This document shows, piece after piece, positions 58,299-62,862 of a DNA stretch of 62,862 nt. Source of the stretch: Gammaproteobacteria bacterium (lineage in GTDB: Bacteria; Pseudomonadota; Gammaproteobacteria; JAADJB01). How positions within the stretch are numbered: the stretch's first letter is position 1; each line of letters opens with the position of its first letter. The position numbers and the translations under genes were made by a program. The stretch covers positions 1-62,862 of the forward strand of contig JAADJB010000018.1 of assembly GCA_013151035.1 (NCBI GenBank), given 5' to 3'. The notes below the pieces were generated by a model. The model was given only the letters and a program-made list of their open reading frames with translations. It had not been told where the DNA came from and made no database searches.

Positions 58299-58617
58299 CA
58301 GGGTTATAAATATAATGATCAGTATTTGTTTAAGCTTTATGATGATCTCGCTTTAATCGTTTTATGTTGTCATGGTTCGTATAGGGAGTATAACCCACTC
58401 ATTCATCGCATGAAAATAGCCATGAAATTACCCTTGCACCAGAATGAGTGATATAAGGGTGTTCTAATGTAATAGCGCACCCGGCTTGTGCATACATCTT
58501 ATTTTTAAGGTATTAAAACCTTATTTATATTATTGTATTCAATATGTTGCGATATTGGCACAGGCATTGCATGAGGTTGGGTATATCGTGAAGACTTGAG
58601 TTTACAGGAACAAGAAG

Positions 58618-60093
58618 ATGTCGATTGATACAAGCAGGCTAAATCTATTCTCATTTAATGGCAAGATGCGCATCCTGCACCTGAGCTGGATGGCCTTTTT
58701 TATCAGTTTTTTTGTCTGGTTTAATCATGCCCCTTTATTAGCAATGATGCGTGACTCAATGGGGCTGACCACGCAGCAGATCAAGACCTTGCTGATATTA
58801 AATGTGGCATTGACTATCCCTGCCCGAATTATTATTGGCATGCTGGTTGATGCCTTTGGCCCCCGCAGTATCTTTTCCATGTTGTTGTTTGTTTCCAGTT
58901 TTCTCTGTTTTGGTTTTGCTATGGCGGAGGATTATGAGCAATTGGCCTTGATGCGATTCCTGCTAGGTTTTGTGGGTGCTGGTTTTGTTATCGGCACACG
59001 CATGATCGGCGAATGGTTTCCAGCAAAACAGATTGGTCTGGCGCAGGGCATTTATGGTGGTTGGGGTAATTTCGGTTCGGCGGGTGCTGCGGTGCTATTG
59101 CCGACAGTGGCATTGATGTTTGGTGGTGATGATGGCTGGCGTTGGGCGGTCGGTAGCACGGGTGTGGTCGCATTAATTTACTCTGCGGTTTATTTCTTTA
59201 GTGTCAGCGATACGCCAAAGGGATCAACCTACTTCAAGCCAAAGAAAAATGGTGCGTTGGAGATTACCTCAAGGTTTGATTTCTTTTTATACCTGGTGAT
59301 GAATATACCGTTATATGCTGCACTGGCGGTACTCACCTGGAAGTTAAGTCCTGGTAATCTGGCGATGTTAAGTGAAGGTGTGACAACGATAATCTACGTT
59401 ATTCTGGTGAGTTTATATGTCTTTCAGACTATCCGTATCTACCAGATTAACAAGCATGTCTTTACTGAGCAGGTGCCTGAAATTGAACGTTATAAATTCA
59501 AGCAAGTTGCGGTGTTGAATTTATCCTATATGGTGACCTTCGGTTCTGAGCTTGCGGTGGTTTCTATTCTGCCTTTGTTCTTTATGGATACCTTTAACCT
59601 GTCTGCTGTGCAGGCCGGGCTGGTTGCCTCGGTTTTTGCCGGACTGAATCTGATTATGCGTCCTGCTGGCGGATGGTTTAGTGATCGCTTTGGTCGTAAG
59701 ATAACGCTAACTATTCTCATGGCTGGAGTGGGTGTAGGCTATTATCTACTGAGCCTGATAACCAGTGAATGGAGTCTGTCACTGGCGATTAGCGCTGTTG
59801 TCTTCTGTTCATTATTTGTTAATGCGGGCAATGGGGCGGTTTATGCCATTATCCCTTTGGTCAAGCGTCGTTTAACCGGGCAGATCTCCGGTATGACAGG
59901 CGCCTACGGTAATGTGGGTGCCGTTACCTTCCTGACGGTGTTGTCATTTGTTGCAACCGATGTGTTTTTTATGGTGATCGCGGTCTTTGCTATAGTGGTT
60001 TTTCTATTGATTGCATTCTTGCTGGAAGATCCGAAAGAGCAGATGGCAGAGATTATGCCGGATGGTACTGTGCAGATGATTGAGGTTGATTAG
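58618..60093 (+). CDS. narK: nitrate/nitrite transporter (MFS, NNP family)
   Basis: 12 TM helices. NNP signatures GGWGNFGSAGA and FVNAGNGAVYA. Confidence 0.85.
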   Translation: MSIDTSRLNLFSFNGKMRILHLSWMAFFISFFVWFNHAPLLAMMRDSMGLTTQQIKTLLILNVALTIPARIIIGMLVDAFGPRSIFSMLLFVSSFLCFGFAMAEDYEQLALMRFLLGFVGAGFVIGTRMIGEWFPAKQIGLAQGIYGGWGNFGSAGAAVLLPTVALMFGGDDGWRWAVGSTGVVALIYSAVYFFSVSDTPKGSTYFKPKKNGALEITSRFDFFLYLVMNIPLYAALAVLTWKLSPGNLAMLSEGVTTIIYVILVSLYVFQTIRIYQINKHVFTEQVPEIERYKFKQVAVLNLSYMVTFGSELAVVSILPLFFMDTFNLSAVQAGLVASVFAGLNLIMRPAGGWFSDRFGRKITLTILMAGVGVGYYLLSLITSEWSLSLAISAVVFCSLFVNAGNGAVYAIIPLVKRRLTGQISGMTGAYGNVGAVTFLTVLSFVATDVFFMVIAVFAIVVFLLIAFLLEDPKEQMAEIMPDGTVQMIEVD

Positions 60094-60116
60094 GTTGCTT
60101 AGTATATAATCAAGCA

Positions 60117-61817
60117 ATGACTCCATCATTAGAAATCATAAATGGCCATTACAGTGTTGCCGGGATAAAACCGCAAAATGAGGATTCCTGTGGTGTATTG
60201 GTGCCTGATGAGCCCTTGTTAACGACCAAGGGTATTGCGGTGGTTGTTGCTGACGGGATGAGTGCCAGTGATAATGGCAAGCAGGCATCCGAGACCTGTG
60301 TTAAGAGCTTTTTGAGTGATTACTTCAGTACGCCGGAGACCTGGTCGGTTAAGAACTCTGGTCAGAAGATCCTTGCCGCGCTCAATCGCTGGCTGCATGG
60401 ACAAGGGCAACGTGAATATCAAAGTCATAAGGGGATGGTGACTACCCTGAGTGTTTTGATTTTCAAGTCCAACACGGCTTATATCTTTCATGTGGGTGAT
60501 ACCCGTATCTATCGTTTACGCAATAATGAGCTGGAGCAACTCACCCAGGATCATCGTTTTTTTGTAAGTGATGAAAAGACCTATCTATCGCGTGCATTGG
60601 GTATTGATCTGCGGGTTGATATTGACTACAAAACCTTGTCGCTTGAAACCGGTGATGTCTTTATTCAGTTGACAGATGGTGTGTATGAATTTATTGCCGA
60701 TAGCATGATTAAGTCGATTCTGCAGGATTATCAGCATAAACCCGAGATTGCCGCCAGGGAGATTGTTGAAGAGGCATTGCTCAATAAGAGTGATGATAAT
60801 CTGACCTGCCAGATTATCGAGGTAACGCATTTACCTAGCGAAAATGAAAATGAGTTTTATGAAAAGTTGACCGAGCTTCCATTTCCGCCCCCACTGGAAC
60901 CCGGTTTGATACTGGATGGTTACAAAGTGTTACGCCATCTGTTTTCAAACAAACGTACTGAGGTTTATCTGGTTGAGGATAGCGATACCGGTGACAAGGT
61001 GGTGTTGAAGGCACCCTCGGTGAATTATCTGGATGATCCGGAATATATCAATCAGTTCTTGCATGAGGAATGGGCTGGAAGAAGAATTAATAACCCTCAT
61101 GTGCTGCGGGTGTTGGAGATTAAACGCAGACGTACCGCGCTGTACTATATTACCGAATACATTGAAGGGTGTTCATTGCGTCAGTGGCTGGATGATAATG
61201 CGCGACCCTCTTTGAGTCAGGTGCGCGCCTTTATTGAACAGATTGCGCGTGGGCTGCGTAGCTTTCATCGCCTGGAAATGATTCACCAGGATTTGAAACC
61301 GGAAAATATACTCATTGATGAGCATGACACCTTAAAGATTATTGATTTTGGTTCCACCAAGATTGCTGGTATTGAAGAGATTATGCTGCCTATCGAAGTG
61401 AATAATATCCTGGGCACGATTAATTATACGGCGCCTGAATATCATGTGGGTAATCCAGGAAGCAATCGTTCCGATATTTATTCATTAGGAATCATTGCCT
61501 ATGAGATGTTGACCGGGCATTTGCCCTACGGCAAGGAGATGACGGCGCGTAATATCAAGCGTGTGAATTATATTTCTATTAAGCATTTTAATCCGGAGAT
61601 ACCTATCTGGGTCGATAAGGCGATTGAAAAAGCTGTGCTTATTAATCCGGATAATCGTTTTTCTCTCTTATCTGAATTTGTTTATGCGCTAAATCATGCC
61701 GATTCATCGCTGGTGAAGAAAGATTATGTCCCTCTTATAAAGCGTAATCCGGTGCGTACCTGGCAGATGATCAGTGCTATTCTTTTGGTGATTAACATCT
61801 TGTTAATGGTTTATTGA
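60117..61817 (+). CDS. PP2C-type phosphatase fused to a Hanks-type Ser/Thr protein kinase, C-terminal TM helix
   Basis: N-terminal PP2C motifs (..NEDSCGV.., VVADGMSAS). Kinase motifs HQDLKPENILI and DFGS. C-terminal hydrophobic helix. Confidence 0.85.
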   Translation: MTPSLEIINGHYSVAGIKPQNEDSCGVLVPDEPLLTTKGIAVVVADGMSASDNGKQASETCVKSFLSDYFSTPETWSVKNSGQKILAALNRWLHGQGQREYQSHKGMVTTLSVLIFKSNTAYIFHVGDTRIYRLRNNELEQLTQDHRFFVSDEKTYLSRALGIDLRVDIDYKTLSLETGDVFIQLTDGVYEFIADSMIKSILQDYQHKPEIAAREIVEEALLNKSDDNLTCQIIEVTHLPSENENEFYEKLTELPFPPPLEPGLILDGYKVLRHLFSNKRTEVYLVEDSDTGDKVVLKAPSVNYLDDPEYINQFLHEEWAGRRINNPHVLRVLEIKRRRTALYYITEYIEGCSLRQWLDDNARPSLSQVRAFIEQIARGLRSFHRLEMIHQDLKPENILIDEHDTLKIIDFGSTKIAGIEEIMLPIEVNNILGTINYTAPEYHVGNPGSNRSDIYSLGIIAYEMLTGHLPYGKEMTARNIKRVNYISIKHFNPEIPIWVDKAIEKAVLINPDNRFSLLSEFVYALNHADSSLVKKDYVPLIKRNPVRTWQMISAILLVINILLMVY

Positions 61818-62101
61818 TTGCCGTGTAAGAATATTCTTACAAAATAATCAGAATTATACTAATTACATTCTCCTTGTCTTTGTCTATTATTACTCACGCT
61901 TAGTTATGTTGTGGAAATGCCTTGAAGGGTTGAAAGGACTCCTTAGATATGGAAATACCCTTTAGCAATGGAGTCTGCCAAGGCATTTTTACAATTTTTT
62001 ATTTTTTTCTTTAACGGATTAAAGAGATAAGCCAGGGATAGTTTCTACAAGGATAGTAATCACATGGATTGTGATACATGGATGTTAAAAGGATAAATAC
62101 A

Positions 62102-62737
62102 ATGAAGCAGTGGATGCGAGTATGTGGATGTACGGCTACCTTACTAGTCGGTTTTTCAGTTTCACCCGTTCGGGCGAATATTCTAATATCAGAGTTATTT
62201 TATGATGCTGTTGGCTCGGATTCGGGGCGTGTCTTTGTTGAACTCTATGGTTCACCAGGGATGTCTTTGGATGATCTCTATCTTGAGGCGATTAATGGCA
62301 GTAATGGGTCGAGTTACCTTAATGTTGAATTGAGCGGGGTGATTCCAGCGGATGGTGTCTTTGTTATCGCTGATAATATGAGTGGTGGGGGTACACAGGT
62401 CGCCAATGCGGATCTGATAGCCTCTATTGATCTGCAAAATGGCCCGGATTCATTGCTGTTAAGGGATTCATCGCAGATATGGGATGCCATTGGTTACGGT
62501 GATTTCAGCTCGGCACAGTTTTTTGGTGAGAACCTGCCTGCACCCGATACGATGGCGGGTCAAAGTCTGGTGCGTGATATCTATCTGACCGATAGTCAGG
62601 ATAATAGTCTGGATTTCAGTCTTTCATCGATCCCGACTCCAGGTGAGGTGCCGTTGCTTGCTACACCGATTCCTCCGGCTTTGGGTCTGTTCCTGGCCGG
62701 ACTGGGTTTGTTGGCAGGAAACAGGCGATATAATTGA
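62102..62737 (+). CDS. lamin-tail-domain protein with a PEP-CTERM-like C-terminal sorting signal
   Basis: LTD-like ..ILISELFYDAVGSDSGRVFVELYG..GVFVIAD... C-terminus ..PIPPALGLFLAGLGLLAGNRRYN. Start taken at MKQWMRV..., which has a signal peptide. Confidence 0.6.
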   Translation: MKQWMRVCGCTATLLVGFSVSPVRANILISELFYDAVGSDSGRVFVELYGSPGMSLDDLYLEAINGSNGSSYLNVELSGVIPADGVFVIADNMSGGGTQVANADLIASIDLQNGPDSLLLRDSSQIWDAIGYGDFSSAQFFGENLPAPDTMAGQSLVRDIYLTDSQDNSLDFSLSSIPTPGEVPLLATPIPPALGLFLAGLGLLAGNRRYN

Positions 62738-62862
62738 GGAAGTTATTGAATTTCACTCAGCAGTAGGGGACCGACGTTTGTCAAGATAGTTGTCCAATTT
62801 TCTATGCTGCTTTATCTTTAATTTCGGTGTCCTCCAGGCTCTGGTTTTCCGGGTTCAGCCAG

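Overview
This 62.9-kb window looks like part of a chemolithoautotrophic, denitrifying gammaproteobacterial chromosome. That is an inference from gene content only. The recognisable core genes are:
- ilvD;
- a complete clade-I N2O-reductase cluster, nosRZDFYL, with a perfect FNR/DNR-type box upstream;
- ampD-ampE;
- rppH;
- an iron-storage cluster (iscA/hesB-like, bfd, and two complementary bacterioferritin paralogs);
- a form-IA RuBisCO operon (cbbL-cbbS-small ORF-cbbQ-cbbO-fba) with divergent cbbR;
- rpoH and ftsYEX;
- two M16 peptidases, sixA, cti, narK, and a PP2C-Ser/Thr-kinase fusion.

Several accessory blocks are superimposed on this backbone.
1. An IS3 fragment plus an AT-rich segment carrying an ldhA-like dehydrogenase lies at the left end.
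2. A lone Fic gene sits next to cbbR.
3. An 8.3-kb oppositely oriented block splits the normally contiguous ftsYEX-rpoH unit. It encodes a reductive-type HAO-family octahaem cytochrome, a c554-like tetrahaem, a heptahaem fused to a dihaem cytochrome b (CbcL-like), an NrfB-like pentahaem, Amt and an SPFH/flotillin protein.
4. A degraded mobile-element remnant lies between ftsY and the M16 peptidases.
5. A 4.58-kb single-gene island encodes a 1360-aa HTH-STAND NTPase. It is bounded by perfect 61-bp direct repeats, splits the cti-sixA operon, and duplicates the last 13 codons of cti.

A family of nested-palindrome MITE/REP-like elements is scattered through intergenic regions (four long copies, four short palindromes). 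An orphan heme-copper-oxidase-like membrane protein with an incomplete metal site lies beside rpoH. No rRNA, tRNA or CRISPR arrays were recognised by eye.
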